From assembly GCA_963787345.1 (NCBI GenBank), contig CAWBCW010000036.1, positions 36,608 to 100,607 of the forward strand: a DNA stretch of 64,000 bases, read 5' to 3'. How positions within the stretch are numbered: position 1 is the stretch's first letter; every line of letters begins with the position of its first letter. The stretch is from an uncultured Bacillaceae bacterium (lineage in GTDB: Bacteria; Bacillota; Bacilli; Bacillales; Cytobacillaceae). The position numbers and the translations under genes are program-made. Below, in pieces: positions 41,772-52,732 of this stretch. The notes under the pieces were generated by a model that saw nothing but the letters and a program-made list of their open reading frames with translations, searched no databases and had not been told where the DNA came from.

Positions 41772-42242
41772 ATGAAGAAGTTTATCGATAGAATAACAGA
41801 AGTTCTAACGGGCTCATTATTGGCATTCATGGTTCTCGTTGCAATCTGGCAAGTGTTTACCCGATTTGTCTTACAGAACCCTAGTACGGTAACAGAAGAA
41901 ATGCTTCGGTATGGCCTCATTTGGTTAACGATGATTGGCGGAGCTTATGTTTACGGTAAAAACCAGCATCTTGCTATTATATTTATTGCCCGTAAGCTTC
42001 CTGAAAAGTTTCAACCTGCGATCGCTCTATTTGTTGAAGCAAGCGTAATGGTTTTTGCCATTGTCATGTTAATCATTGGCGGAATGAACACTGTACAAAA
42101 TGCGGCAGGACAAGTGTCTGCAGCGTTACAAATGCCTATGCAATTTTACTATTTAGGTCTTCCAGTAGGTGGCGTACTGTTCCTTCTCTATTCCGCTTTT
42201 AACCTTGCCGAATTAACAAAGAAAAATAAACAGACACAATAA
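41772..42242 (+). CDS. dctQ: TRAP small permease DctQ
   Basis: QVFTRFVL...TEEMLRY; four TM segments. Confidence 0.9.
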   Translation: MKKFIDRITEVLTGSLLAFMVLVAIWQVFTRFVLQNPSTVTEEMLRYGLIWLTMIGGAYVYGKNQHLAIIFIARKLPEKFQPAIALFVEASVMVFAIVMLIIGGMNTVQNAAGQVSAALQMPMQFYYLGLPVGGVLFLLYSAFNLAELTKKNKQTQ

Positions 42243-42286
42243 ACAAAGTGACTGTAATCAACTTGTGAGATTACAGAAAAAAAGGA

Positions 42287-43591
42287 GTGACCATGATGGC
42301 CGTTCAATCTGGTATTGTATTATTAATCGTCTTTCTTCTATTATTATTCCTAAGAGTACCGATTTCAATCAGTCTCGCCATTGCTTCTATCGCAACAATT
42401 TTAACACAATTACCTTTTGATTTATCTATCTTTGTTGCCGCACAAAAGCTAGTAACAAGTATAGATAACTTTTCACTACTAGCCGTTCCATTCTTTATTC
42501 TTGCCGGAATCCTCATGACAAACGGCGGAATTGCTGAGCGTCTTGTTAATTTCGCTAAAGTGTTAGTTGGAAGAATGCCCGGCTCATTAGCTAGTACAAA
42601 TATCGTTGGTAATATGTTATTCGGTTGCATTGCCGGTTCATCTGTTGCATCCGCGATCGCCATCGGCGGCGTTATGGGTCCAATACAAAAAAAGGAAGGA
42701 TATGATCCACGTTTTTCAGCAGCGGCCAATATCGCCTCTGCCCCAATGGGATTAATCATTCCTCCGAGCCAATCATTAATCATTTATTCCTTAGCTAGCG
42801 GCGGAACTTCTATTGCTGCCTTGTTTATCGCTGGATATTTACCAGGAATTTTATGGGGTATTCTTTGTATGATCGTAGCCATGATTATTGCGAAACGTAA
42901 TAAATATCCTTTAAGTGAAAGAGTCACATTCAAAATTGCTTTTAAAACATTTTTAGATGCGATTCCAAGTTTACTGCTAATTGTCATTGTCATCGGCGGG
43001 ATCCTTGCTGGAATTTTTACTGCTACAGAATCCGCTGCCATTGCAGTTGTATATTCACTCATTCTAGCATTCGCCTATAAAAACGTAAAAATAAAAGACC
43101 TTCCAAGAATTTTAAAAGAATCTGTTATTCTTACGTGTATGATTATGCTTCTTGTCGCAGCCTCCGGGGTGATGTCATGGGTTATGTCTTATACAGGAAT
43201 TCCGCAAATGATCAGTGATGCATTATTGGGAATTTCCTCAAATCCAATAATCATTTTACTGCTCATTAACATTTTCTTACTACTTATCGGAACTTGTATA
43301 GATATCACACCAGCTATTTTAATTTTTACACCGATTTTCTTGCCAGTCGTTACAGAATTCGGTATGGACCCTATCCATTTTGGGATTATGCTTGTTATGA
43401 ACCTTTGTGTCGGTAATATTACGCCACCTGTTGGAAGCGCTCTATTCGCAGGTGCCAGTGTGGCAAAACTAGAATTAGAAAGTGTTATTAAATCACTGCT
43501 TCCATTCTATGGAGCGATTATTGTAGCACTTCTCCTTGTTACATTTATCCCTGAGATTTCGATGATTCTTCCGAGACTGTTAGGCTTATAA
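42287..43591 (+). CDS. dctM: TRAP large permease DctM
   Basis: LLAVPFFILAG, IIPPSQ, FTATES and DPIHFG. Confidence 0.92.
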   Translation: MTMMAVQSGIVLLIVFLLLLFLRVPISISLAIASIATILTQLPFDLSIFVAAQKLVTSIDNFSLLAVPFFILAGILMTNGGIAERLVNFAKVLVGRMPGSLASTNIVGNMLFGCIAGSSVASAIAIGGVMGPIQKKEGYDPRFSAAANIASAPMGLIIPPSQSLIIYSLASGGTSIAALFIAGYLPGILWGILCMIVAMIIAKRNKYPLSERVTFKIAFKTFLDAIPSLLLIVIVIGGILAGIFTATESAAIAVVYSLILAFAYKNVKIKDLPRILKESVILTCMIMLLVAASGVMSWVMSYTGIPQMISDALLGISSNPIIILLLINIFLLLIGTCIDITPAILIFTPIFLPVVTEFGMDPIHFGIMLVMNLCVGNITPPVGSALFAGASVAKLELESVIKSLLPFYGAIIVALLLVTFIPEISMILPRLLGL

Positions 43592-43612
43592 CAAGGACAG
43601 GCAATGTTATAA

Positions 43613-43660
43613 GCGTCAAATAGGCAAACGCTGTACTTTCAGACGAGCCTATTTGACGCT
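43613..43660. terminator. 14 bp hairpin after dctM
   Basis: AGCGTCAAATAGGC...GCCTATTTGACGCT, no U-tract. Confidence 0.5.
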
Positions 43661-43825
43661 GCCATTAATCTACAGCAATTCGAATAAAAAATACCCACTC
43701 TCAACAATGCCCCATCTTATTCCAACTCAATAACCCTACCAAAATTCCACTTCTAATGCTAAAATAGTTTAAAGTTTAAAAATTCACTAAGATTTTTTTC
43801 AGTGAAAAAAGTGGGGGGAATTAGC

Positions 43826-45505
43826 TTGACAGAATTACGTAGTAGTATGATTACAAAAGGTGTCGATCGTGCACCGCACCGCAGCTTGTTACGTGCAGCT
43901 GGTGTTAAAGAAGAAGATTTCGGAAAACCGTTTATAGCAGTTTGTAACTCATATATTGATATTGTTCCTGGACATGTTCATTTACAGGAATTTGGAAAGA
44001 TTGTCAAAGAAGCGATCCGTGAAGCAGGCGGCGTGCCTTTCGAGTTTAATACAATTGGCGTTGATGATGGAATCGCCATGGGGCATATCGGAATGCGTTA
44101 CTCATTACCAAGCCGTGAGATTATCGCAGATTCCATTGAAACCGTTGTTTCAGCTCACTGGTTTGATGGAATGGTTTGTATTCCAAACTGTGATAAAATT
44201 ACACCCGGAATGATGATGGCCGCACTTCGAGTAAATATTCCTACAATCTTTGTCAGCGGCGGCCCAATGTCAGCTGGTACTGATGCTGCTGGTAACGCAC
44301 TTGACTTAACATCTGTTTTCGAAGGCGTAGGAGCTTATCAGGCTGGTAATATTACAGCAGAAAGATTACAAGAAATTGAACAAGTAGCTTGTCCTACATG
44401 TGGATCATGTTCAGGTATGTTCACGGCTAACTCGATGAACTGTTTAGCAGAGGGCTTAGGACTAGCTTTACCAGGTAACGGTACAATCTTAGCCGTTGCA
44501 CCAGAGCGTCGTGACTTTGTGAGAAAATCAGCTACACAATTAATGGATTTGATTAAAAAGGATATTAAACCACGCGACATCGTGACAATTGATGCGATTG
44601 ATAATGCATTTGCATTAGACATGGCAATGGGTGGATCTACAAATACTGTTCTTCACACATTAGCATTAGCAAATGAAGCTGAAATTGATTATCCGATCGA
44701 ACGTATCAATGAAGTGGCAGAACGTGTACCACATCTTGCAAAAATCGCTCCTGCTTCTGACTACCACATTGAAGATGTTCATAGAGCTGGTGGTGTAAGT
44801 GCGATCATCAATGAAGTGCTGAAAAAGCCAGGCGCTATGAATGGAGATTGCTTAACCGTATCAGGTAAAACATTACGCGAAAATGTTGCAGGCGCTGAAA
44901 TTCAAGACACGGATGTCATCCGTCCATTAGATAATCCACATGATGAGCGTGGGGGTCTAGCAGTTTTATTTGGAAACCTTGCTCCTCAAGGTTCGATTAT
45001 TAAAGTCGGTGCTGTTGACGATTCGGTTGGCGGTTATCATAGAGGACCTGCAATTTGCTTTGATTCTCAAGAAGATGCTTTATCTGGTATCATCACAGGG
45101 AAAGTTCAAGAAGGACATGTTGTCGTTATTCGCTATGAAGGTCCTAAAGGCGGACCTGGAATGCCTGAAATGCTTGCCCCAACTTCACAAATCGTTGGTC
45201 GCGGCCTTGGAGCAAAAGTTGGTTTAATTACAGATGGACGTTTCTCAGGCGCTTCTCGCGGAATTTCAATTGGACATATTTCTCCAGAAGCTGCTGAAGG
45301 TGGACCTATTGCATTCGTAGAAGACGGCGACATCATTGAACTTGATATGAATAACCGTAAAATTGTGCTTGAAGTTTCGGATGAAGAAATGGAAAAACGT
45401 AAAGCAAACTGGAAAGGCTTTGAGCCAAAAGTGAAAAAAGGCTACTTGGCCCGCTACTCTAAGCTTGTTACAAACGCAAGCTCTGGCGGAGTTATGAAAA
45501 TATAA
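43826..45505 (+). CDS. ilvD: Dihydroxy-acid dehydratase
   Basis: [50 protein letters not shown] and TDGRFSG. Confidence 0.95.
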   Translation: MTELRSSMITKGVDRAPHRSLLRAAGVKEEDFGKPFIAVCNSYIDIVPGHVHLQEFGKIVKEAIREAGGVPFEFNTIGVDDGIAMGHIGMRYSLPSREIIADSIETVVSAHWFDGMVCIPNCDKITPGMMMAALRVNIPTIFVSGGPMSAGTDAAGNALDLTSVFEGVGAYQAGNITAERLQEIEQVACPTCGSCSGMFTANSMNCLAEGLGLALPGNGTILAVAPERRDFVRKSATQLMDLIKKDIKPRDIVTIDAIDNAFALDMAMGGSTNTVLHTLALANEAEIDYPIERINEVAERVPHLAKIAPASDYHIEDVHRAGGVSAIINEVLKKPGAMNGDCLTVSGKTLRENVAGAEIQDTDVIRPLDNPHDERGGLAVLFGNLAPQGSIIKVGAVDDSVGGYHRGPAICFDSQEDALSGIITGKVQEGHVVVIRYEGPKGGPGMPEMLAPTSQIVGRGLGAKVGLITDGRFSGASRGISIGHISPEAAEGGPIAFVEDGDIIELDMNNRKIVLEVSDEEMEKRKANWKGFEPKVKKGYLARYSKLVTNASSGGVMKI

Positions 45506-45512
45506 TTTGATT

Positions 45513-45543
45513 AGGAATCTCCTTTTGGGGGATTCCTTTTTTG
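45513..45543 (+). terminator. Intrinsic terminator after ilvD
   Basis: AGGAATCTCC/GGGGATTCCT stem plus T-tract. Confidence 0.75.
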
Positions 45544-45709
45544 TGTACAACCTACAAACGGTTTTGTTACAATATCTTCAATCCGCTCCACATCGATTTT
45601 CACATCAAGTTCCCCCTCTTTTTTCGAAATTAATCGTCTAAACTCATTCAGCAATTGGAATAATTAAAGTGAATAACGTAGACTCGACTATATCATTACA
45701 TTCAAGGAG

Positions 45710-46510
45710 ATGGTTTTTTTGAAAAATACAGTCGTTCGGATCACAACCATCATTGCTCTATTTCTCTCATTTCTGTTTCTATTTGGTTTTGCTTGGACCC
45801 TTCAAGACTCTCATTTTGGGCAAGCAGAAGATTTAACGTCACCCCCATCAGAACAAGAGGAAGTGAAGAATGAATTAACGGTTTTGGCCTTAGGAGACTC
45901 CTTAACAAGGGGCACTGGAGATGAAACGGGAGCAGGATATGTTGGACTTGTCACTTCCCAATTAAAAGAAGAGCTAGACAATGTTTTTGTGAGTAACCTC
46001 GGGATAAGCGGCCAAACCTCTTCCCAACTGCTCCAACAAGTAAGTGAAAAAAATGTCGTTAGACAAATCCAACAAGCAGATGTTGTCCTAATGACGATTG
46101 GGGGCAATGACCTTTTTCAAGGCGGGGATACCCTTTTCGAGATGAATATTGAAAAAATCAAAGGGTTGCAGGACGAATATTTGCAAAACCTCGAACAAAT
46201 TTTTTCAACAATTCGTAAGTCTAATGAAAGAGCAACCGTGTTTATGATCGGCCTTTATAATCCGTTTATTGAACTTGATTCAACAGGTGTGACAAACGAG
46301 GTCGTCCGCGGGTGGAATTACGGTACTGAAACGATGACAGGCAAGTTTGAGAACATTGTTTTTGTGCCTACCTTTGATTTATTCCAGTTATCGGTCAATG
46401 ATTATTTGTATACTGATTACTTTCATCCAAACCAGGCTGGTTATGAATTAATTGGTGAAAGATTAGCCCCCTTGATTACGTGGGAAAAGGAAGTTGAAGA
46501 TGATGAATGA
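45710..46510 (+). CDS. Membrane-anchored SGNH/GDSL hydrolase
   Basis: N-terminal TM segment, GDSLT, NLGISG, GGND and DYFHP. Confidence 0.9.
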   Translation: MVFLKNTVVRITTIIALFLSFLFLFGFAWTLQDSHFGQAEDLTSPPSEQEEVKNELTVLALGDSLTRGTGDETGAGYVGLVTSQLKEELDNVFVSNLGISGQTSSQLLQQVSEKNVVRQIQQADVVLMTIGGNDLFQGGDTLFEMNIEKIKGLQDEYLQNLEQIFSTIRKSNERATVFMIGLYNPFIELDSTGVTNEVVRGWNYGTETMTGKFENIVFVPTFDLFQLSVNDYLYTDYFHPNQAGYELIGERLAPLITWEKEVEDDE

Positions 46511-47411
46511 TACCACTCTTTCTGTAAAAAATTTACGAAAAACAATTGGGAGAAAGGAAATAATCAAAGGCTTAAGTTTTGAACTAAAAAAAGGAGAAGT
46601 CTTTGGTTTTCTCGGGCCAAATGGAGCTGGAAAAACAACAACGATACGGATGCTGACAGGACTGATCAAACCAACAGCAGGTACCATTTCAATCTGTGGA
46701 TATGATGTAAGGAAAGACTTTACGAAAGCCATGCAATATTTAGGCTGCATTGTTGAGAATCCAGAACTCTATCCATTTTTATCAGGTTGGAATAATCTTG
46801 TACATTTTGCCAATATGCTGCCAGAAGTCACGGAAAAAGACATAAATGAAACCGTTGCTTTTGTAGGACTCGATCAACGAATCCACGATAAAGTAAAAAC
46901 GTATTCGCTTGGGATGCGCCAAAGGCTGGGAATTGCCCAGGCCTTACTCAACCGTCCCCAAGTATTAATTTTAGATGAACCTACAAATGGTCTTGATCCG
47001 GCAGGAATTCGGGAAATGCGTGAATTTATTCGTAATTTGGCTGAGAAGGAAGGCTTAAGCGTTCTCGTTTCCAGCCACCTGTTAAGCGAAATCCAGCTCT
47101 TATGTGACCGTGTCGCCATTATTCAAGACGGTGAAATCATTAGAATTGATTCTGTTGAAAACTTACTGACCAAACAAGAAAAAATCGTTTGGCGAGTAGA
47201 TCCTGTTTTAAAAGGGAAGGCTGTTTTGGAACGTTTTACAAGCGTTACGGTCGATGAAGATCTTCTCATTACTTCATTTGAAGGAAACAAAGCTGCAGAA
47301 TGGAGTAAAGCACTAATCGAAGAAGGAGTAGCCATTTTTGAAATGAATCGTAAAGCACCTGTTCTTGAAGAACTATTTTTACAGCTTACTGGTGGTGAGA
47401 AACATGGGTAA
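46494..47411 (+). CDS. ABC exporter ATPase
   Basis: GPNGAGKTT, YSLGMRQRL and LDEPTNGLD. Confidence 0.92.
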   Translation: MKMMNDTTLSVKNLRKTIGRKEIIKGLSFELKKGEVFGFLGPNGAGKTTTIRMLTGLIKPTAGTISICGYDVRKDFTKAMQYLGCIVENPELYPFLSGWNNLVHFANMLPEVTEKDINETVAFVGLDQRIHDKVKTYSLGMRQRLGIAQALLNRPQVLILDEPTNGLDPAGIREMREFIRNLAEKEGLSVLVSSHLLSEIQLLCDRVAIIQDGEIIRIDSVENLLTKQEKIVWRVDPVLKGKAVLERFTSVTVDEDLLITSFEGNKAAEWSKALIEEGVAIFEMNRKAPVLEELFLQLTGGEKHG

Positions 47412-48384
47412 GCTCGTACAAAACGAAATGATGAAACTACTAGCCCGAAGAAGGTTTATTGTAATTTCGATTATTGTTGCGATCCTCGTTGGTTTATTTA
47501 CCTATGCACAGTATAAAGAAACGTTGGAACAGCAAGAAAGGTTAGGCTCTACTGATTGGCGAGTTGCCGTGCAAACGAGGATTATCGACTTGACGAACCG
47601 TTTGAGTTCCAATCGCATGTCAGATGAGCAGCGCGAACGGTTTCAAATTACATTACAACAACAACAATATTATTTGGATCACGACATTAATCCATCCCAA
47701 CCAGGGGCACCCACTTTCGTTCGAATGTTTATTGAAAATGCAGGTCCGATGTTTATCCCATTACTTGTCATGGTCATCGCGAGTGACCTCGTTTCTTCCG
47801 AGCATTCATTAGGTTCCATTAAACTACTTTTAACAAGACCTGTTAAACGATGGCGCATTCTCCTCAGTAAGTATATAACTTTGTTGCTGTCCATCTCACT
47901 TATCATTGCAAATGTCGGGATTCTCTCCTTTATCATTTCAGGGCTTGTGTTCGGTTATAAAGGATTGAATGCCCCTGTTATTACAGGGTTTAGTGCTGTC
48001 AATGGAGAGTTAGATTTATCCAATGTGAAACTGATCAGCCAGTGGGAATTCCTCCTAATGGACTTTGGCCTTGTCTGGTTTGTTGCAGTTGTCGTTGGCA
48101 CCCTTTCATTTATGATTTCAGTATTAATCCGCAGTACAGCTGCTGGCATGGGGATTATGCTAGCTGCTCTTATATCAGGATCAATCCTTAGCGCCATGGT
48201 TTCCTCCTGGGAATCTGCCAAATATTTATTTATGGTAAATTTAAATTTAACAGGCTATTTAAATGGCATCGCACCTCCTGTAGATGGGATGACATTGCAG
48301 TTTTCTATTTTAACGTTAACGGTATGGTGGCTTATTGGACTTGCCGTTTCCTTCCTTGTCTTTACGAGGCAGGATATTTATTAG
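47404..48384 (+). CDS. ABC-2 type permease
   Basis: EHSLGSIKLLLTRP...LLSK; multiple TM segments; FTRQDI C-terminus. Confidence 0.88.
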   Translation: MGKLVQNEMMKLLARRRFIVISIIVAILVGLFTYAQYKETLEQQERLGSTDWRVAVQTRIIDLTNRLSSNRMSDEQRERFQITLQQQQYYLDHDINPSQPGAPTFVRMFIENAGPMFIPLLVMVIASDLVSSEHSLGSIKLLLTRPVKRWRILLSKYITLLLSISLIIANVGILSFIISGLVFGYKGLNAPVITGFSAVNGELDLSNVKLISQWEFLLMDFGLVWFVAVVVGTLSFMISVLIRSTAAGMGIMLAALISGSILSAMVSSWESAKYLFMVNLNLTGYLNGIAPPVDGMTLQFSILTLTVWWLIGLAVSFLVFTRQDIY

Positions 48385-48661
48385 TTTTTTTATAACAAAT
48401 AGTTAAGCCAAACATTGAGGAACCGTTTGGCTTATTTTTTGCGAAAACCACGCTTTAACTATCCATTTTAAAAAGTAGAGCCTATCATTATTTTCCCAAT
48501 TTTGCATCTATTATTAATCGTGCAATATCTCTTGCCAAAAGGAATGGGCATTTTCATAAATTTATGGTAATCTTTCTGCATGGGCTTTTTTATTGTACAT
48601 ATAATGGATTAGGACAACCTAATCTTTGATATAAGTATTTACATATTAATGGAGGTTTGTA

Positions 48662-49273
48662 ATGGAAAACTGGATTATACAATTTATGGAACAATATGGC
48701 TATATTGGCGTGTTCCTGATGATTGCTTTGGAAAATATCTTCCCTCCGATTCCATCAGAGATCGTTCTTACCTTTGGTGGCTTTATGACGACCAATACGA
48801 GTATGACTGTGACTGGTGTCGTGATTGCTTCAACAGCAGGATCGGTTATAGGGGCTGTCATCTTATATGGAATTGGACTGTTGCTTGATGTAGAGAGATT
48901 GGAAAAGATCATCGACCGCTGGGGCCATATTTTAAGAATTACAAAAGAGGACATCTATAAGGCAGATTCATGGTTTGATAGATATGGAATTTGGACAGTC
49001 CTCTTTTGCCGGATGGTTCCGTTGATCCGCAGTCTGATTTCTATTCCAGCTGGGATGTCAAACATGAAATTTGGATTATTCCTTATTTTCACAACGATTG
49101 GGACATTAATTTGGAATATCATTCTCGTTTCTATCGGCGCTTCATTAGGGGAAAACTGGGCTTCAATTTTAAGCTTTATGGATATTTACTCAAATATTGC
49201 TTATGCAATTATCGGTATCGGAATCATTATCTTCCTCTTCTTCTTTTTCAGTAAAAAAAGAAAAAAATCTTAA
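48662..49273 (+). CDS. DedA family membrane protein
   Basis: LENIFPPIPSE and FCRMVPLIRSLISIPAG. Confidence 0.92.
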   Translation: MENWIIQFMEQYGYIGVFLMIALENIFPPIPSEIVLTFGGFMTTNTSMTVTGVVIASTAGSVIGAVILYGIGLLLDVERLEKIIDRWGHILRITKEDIYKADSWFDRYGIWTVLFCRMVPLIRSLISIPAGMSNMKFGLFLIFTTIGTLIWNIILVSIGASLGENWASILSFMDIYSNIAYAIIGIGIIIFLFFFFSKKRKKS

Positions 49274-49298
49274 ACTTTAGTGAGGAGAATCATTTACA

Positions 49299-50141
49299 AT
49301 GGACTTTATTGAAATCATAAAAGCCATTATTCTGGGACTCGTCGAAGGGTTGACTGAATTTGCTCCTGTTTCTTCTACCGGTCATATGATTATTGTCGAT
49401 GATTTATGGCTACAATCAGAAGAATTTTTAGGTAAATATGTGGCGAATACATTTAAAGTTATGATCCAACTTGGATCCATTCTAGCCTCTGTCATTGTCT
49501 TTAGAGACCGCTTTATCGATATTCTTGGACTGAATCGTATTTTTCATAAAGAACGTGTACAAGAAACGGGGCAAGCCCGCTTTAATCTTCTTCATGTCAT
49601 TGTTGGTCTGATTCCAGCTGGAATTCTAGGTGTTCTGTTCGAAGATTATATTGATGAATACCTTTTTTCAACGGAAACGGTTGCCATCGGGTTAGTCCTT
49701 GGTGCGATTCTGATGATTTATGCTGACATCCAAAGTAAAAAACATCCACCAAATGTTCATAGCTTAGATGGGTTAACGTATAAGCATGCCTTACTCATCG
49801 GTTTGATTCAATGCTTCTCGTTATGGCCTGGATTCTCTCGGTCAGGTGCGACTATTTCAGGTGGGGTGTTAACCCGTTTAAATCACCGTGTTGCTGCTGA
49901 TTTTACGTTTATTATGGCGGTGCCGATTATGGCGGGTGCCAGCTTCATTTCACTCGTCAAAAACCTTGAGTACTTTTCTATGGATGCCTTGCCGTTTTTC
50001 ATTGTTGGGTTTATCAGCGCCTTTATTTTCGCCTTAATCTCGATTCGCTTCTTCTTGAAGCTGATCAATAAAATTAAACTTGTCCCATTTGCGATTTATC
50101 GAATTATTGTCGCGTTATTGATTTTTATTTTGTATTTGTAA
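49299..50141 (+). CDS. uppP: Undecaprenyl-diphosphatase (BacA type)
   Basis: GLVEGLTEFAPVSSTGH, IQLGS and PGFSRSGAT. Confidence 0.95.
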   Translation: MDFIEIIKAIILGLVEGLTEFAPVSSTGHMIIVDDLWLQSEEFLGKYVANTFKVMIQLGSILASVIVFRDRFIDILGLNRIFHKERVQETGQARFNLLHVIVGLIPAGILGVLFEDYIDEYLFSTETVAIGLVLGAILMIYADIQSKKHPPNVHSLDGLTYKHALLIGLIQCFSLWPGFSRSGATISGGVLTRLNHRVAADFTFIMAVPIMAGASFISLVKNLEYFSMDALPFFIVGFISAFIFALISIRFFLKLINKIKLVPFAIYRIIVALLIFILYL

Positions 50142-50380
50142 AATATAGGGCAGTTCTCCTTCCGGGGAACTGCTTTTTTATATGTACTTTTCAAAAATAA
50201 GGAAATAGATTCAATTGGGGTCGATCTCCGTTCAATTATTAGATTAGGACAGCAACAAAGGGATATTTTCACGAATAAGAAGTCCCTTTCATAAAGATAC
50301 CCATACTTTTATTACCCTACTTTCGCTAATTCCAATAAAAATAGCCCTAGTCTCAATAACTAGGGCCATTCTTATAAATC

Positions 50381-52699
50381 TTATAGATATGGACTTTCGT
50401 GTTTAGCTTTCAATTGATTCCAACGACGGTCTACTTCTTTTTCGAACTCTTTTAGTAGCTCGCTGTTTTCTTCTGTTAACATATGTTTCGTTTTACCCAT
50501 ATGTTTTAACCAGTCTTTAACTTCAATCTTTTTCTTCTTAGCTTCTGGATCGTGAGTAATCGTTGTAATGCCTTTCTCTACTTCATATAGCGGGAAGAAG
50601 TTAGAGTTAACAGCAGCACCTACAATTTCTTGTCCTAATGTTTCATTTGACTTCCAGTTCAACGGACAGGCAATAAGGATTTTACCATAAACCAATCCTA
50701 CATTGTTTGCATACCATTGTGCTTTAGCAGCCTTTTTCAATAGGTCACGATCAAATGCTTCCGAGCCAGTAAACACATAAGGAATGTGTGTTGCAGCCAT
50801 AATTTGAGCTGTATCCTTATGGTGGAATGTTTTACCTTGTTGGTGTGATCCAACGCCAGAAGTACTTGTCATATGTCCAAGTGGAGTTGAGTATGACAAT
50901 TGGCTTCCTGTGTTCATGTATCCTTCGTTATCGTACTCAAGGATAATCATTTTGTGGTTACGTAGAGCCGTACCAATTGCAGGTCCCATACCAATATCCA
51001 TACCACCGTCACCAGTAATCATAACGAATGTAAAGTCATCGCTTAGTCCTAGTTCGTCAAACTCACCACGGCGCTTTCTTTCGTGGAACATTTCAACAAG
51101 TCCAGATAGAGTCGCTGCACCGTTTTGGAATAAGTTATGGATATAAGTTGCTTTATGTGAACTGTATGGATAACCAGTTGTAACGATCATTCCACAACCA
51201 GTATGGAATAGAGCAACAATATCGCCTTCAATCCCTTTGAAGAATAACTCAAGTCCAGAGAAGATACCACATCCAGGACATGCACCATGACCGGAAGAAA
51301 TACGTTTTGGTTTCTTCGTTAACGCACGTAGTGGTGGAATCTTAACTTTTAGTTCTCCAGTTTCTTCATCAGGAGTTACCGTAATAAGGCCTGTATTAAC
51401 ATCTTCTTTTTTCAATGGTTCTACACGACGTTTTGGTGCTAGATCTGGGTTACCAGGAGTATGTCCAAAATAGTCAAATGCAACTTCTACTTTATCAGCT
51501 TCTACTGCATCAATTGCTAATTGGAAGAACTTTTCAGCATCATCTGCATAGAAGTCTTTACCACCTAGTCCATAGACACGGCTAACTACTTTAATATCAC
51601 TATTACCATAAGTGTGTAGAGCTGCTTTTATTTCAAGTGACATATTTCCACCATACGCACCGTATGAATCTCCACGGTCACCAACTGTAATAGCTTTTAC
51701 ATTTTTCAATGCTTCAGCAATTTGCTTTTGTGGGAATGGGCGAAGGATATTTGGTGAAATAACCCCTGCTTTAATTCCTTTTGCACGTAATTGGTCGACA
51801 ACGTCCTTACAAACTTCAGTTGCTGAGTTTAGCATAAAGACAGCTACTTCAGCATCTTCCATTTCGTATAAGTCAAGAACTGGATATTCACGACCTGTTA
51901 ATTCTGCATATTCTTTAGAAATTCTTTCGAATACTTTTTCTGCATTATACATTGCTTCAGATTGTTGATAACGGTTGTTAATTGTATCTGGCTCATTCAT
52001 ATAAGCCCCAATAGATACTGGATTATCACGATCTAATGCATGCGGATAGTTTGTTGGAAGTGGACCAATGAACTTTTGAACCGCATCATTATCTTTAATC
52101 ACTTGTACACGTCTCTTTTGGTGGGAAGTAAAGTAACCATCATAAGAAACGATAACAGGTAAGCGAACTTCAGGATCTTCCGCTAATTTAAGCGCCATGA
52201 TATTCATATCATAAACAACTTGCGCGTCACGTGCCATTAATATTGGCCAGCCAATATTTAACGCAAAGTAAAGGTCTGAGTGGTCACCATGAATATTTAA
52301 TGGACCAGAAACAGAGCGGTTAACTAAGTTTAATACCATTGGCATACGTGTTCCAGATTGAACTGGTAATTGCTCAAGCATATATAAGAAACCATTCGCA
52401 CTTGTTGCGTTGAATACACGTCCGCCACCAGTAGCTGCACCATAACAAATACCTGCAGAACCGTGTTCCCCGTCAGCTGCGATTAATTTAATGTCGTGTT
52501 GACCTCTCGCTTTCATTCCATCAAGGAATTGAGCTACTTCTGTTGAAGGAGAGATTGGGTAGTAACCCATAATATGGTAATTTATTTGATGTGCTGCATA
52601 GGCAGCCATTTCATTTCCTGATTCAAATACGATTGCTTGTTCAACTGAACCTTCTGATAGCCCAGCTTTTTCTTTATCAAGAATGATCTCTTTTGACAT
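50381..52699 (-). CDS. 2-oxoacid (pyruvate):ferredoxin oxidoreductase, fused alpha-beta subunit
   Basis: Alpha: YYPISPST, GEHG, NATSANG and YGLGG; beta: GACPGC, TGC, GDGG...DNEGYMNTG TPP motif and CP. Confidence 0.92.
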   Translation of the reverse strand: MSKEIILDKEKAGLSEGSVEQAIVFESGNEMAAYAAHQINYHIMGYYPISPSTEVAQFLDGMKARGQHDIKLIAADGEHGSAGICYGAATGGGRVFNATSANGFLYMLEQLPVQSGTRMPMVLNLVNRSVSGPLNIHGDHSDLYFALNIGWPILMARDAQVVYDMNIMALKLAEDPEVRLPVIVSYDGYFTSHQKRRVQVIKDNDAVQKFIGPLPTNYPHALDRDNPVSIGAYMNEPDTINNRYQQSEAMYNAEKVFERISKEYAELTGREYPVLDLYEMEDAEVAVFMLNSATEVCKDVVDQLRAKGIKAGVISPNILRPFPQKQIAEALKNVKAITVGDRGDSYGAYGGNMSLEIKAALHTYGNSDIKVVSRVYGLGGKDFYADDAEKFFQLAIDAVEADKVEVAFDYFGHTPGNPDLAPKRRVEPLKKEDVNTGLITVTPDEETGELKVKIPPLRALTKKPKRISSGHGACPGCGIFSGLELFFKGIEGDIVALFHTGCGMIVTTGYPYSSHKATYIHNLFQNGAATLSGLVEMFHERKRRGEFDELGLSDDFTFVMITGDGGMDIGMGPAIGTALRNHKMIILEYDNEGYMNTGSQLSYSTPLGHMTSTSGVGSHQQGKTFHHKDTAQIMAATHIPYVFTGSEAFDRDLLKKAAKAQWYANNVGLVYGKILIACPLNWKSNETLGQEIVGAAVNSNFFPLYEVEKGITTITHDPEAKKKKIEVKDWLKHMGKTKHMLTEENSELLKEFEKEVDRRWNQLKAKHESPYL

Positions 52700-52732
52700 G
52701 TTACTTAATCACCTTTCACTATAGATTATTGA

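Noticed and set aside
43740-43800. CodY box upstream of ilvD
   Set aside because: Best match had about 5 mismatches to AATTTTCWGAAAATT in AT-rich DNA
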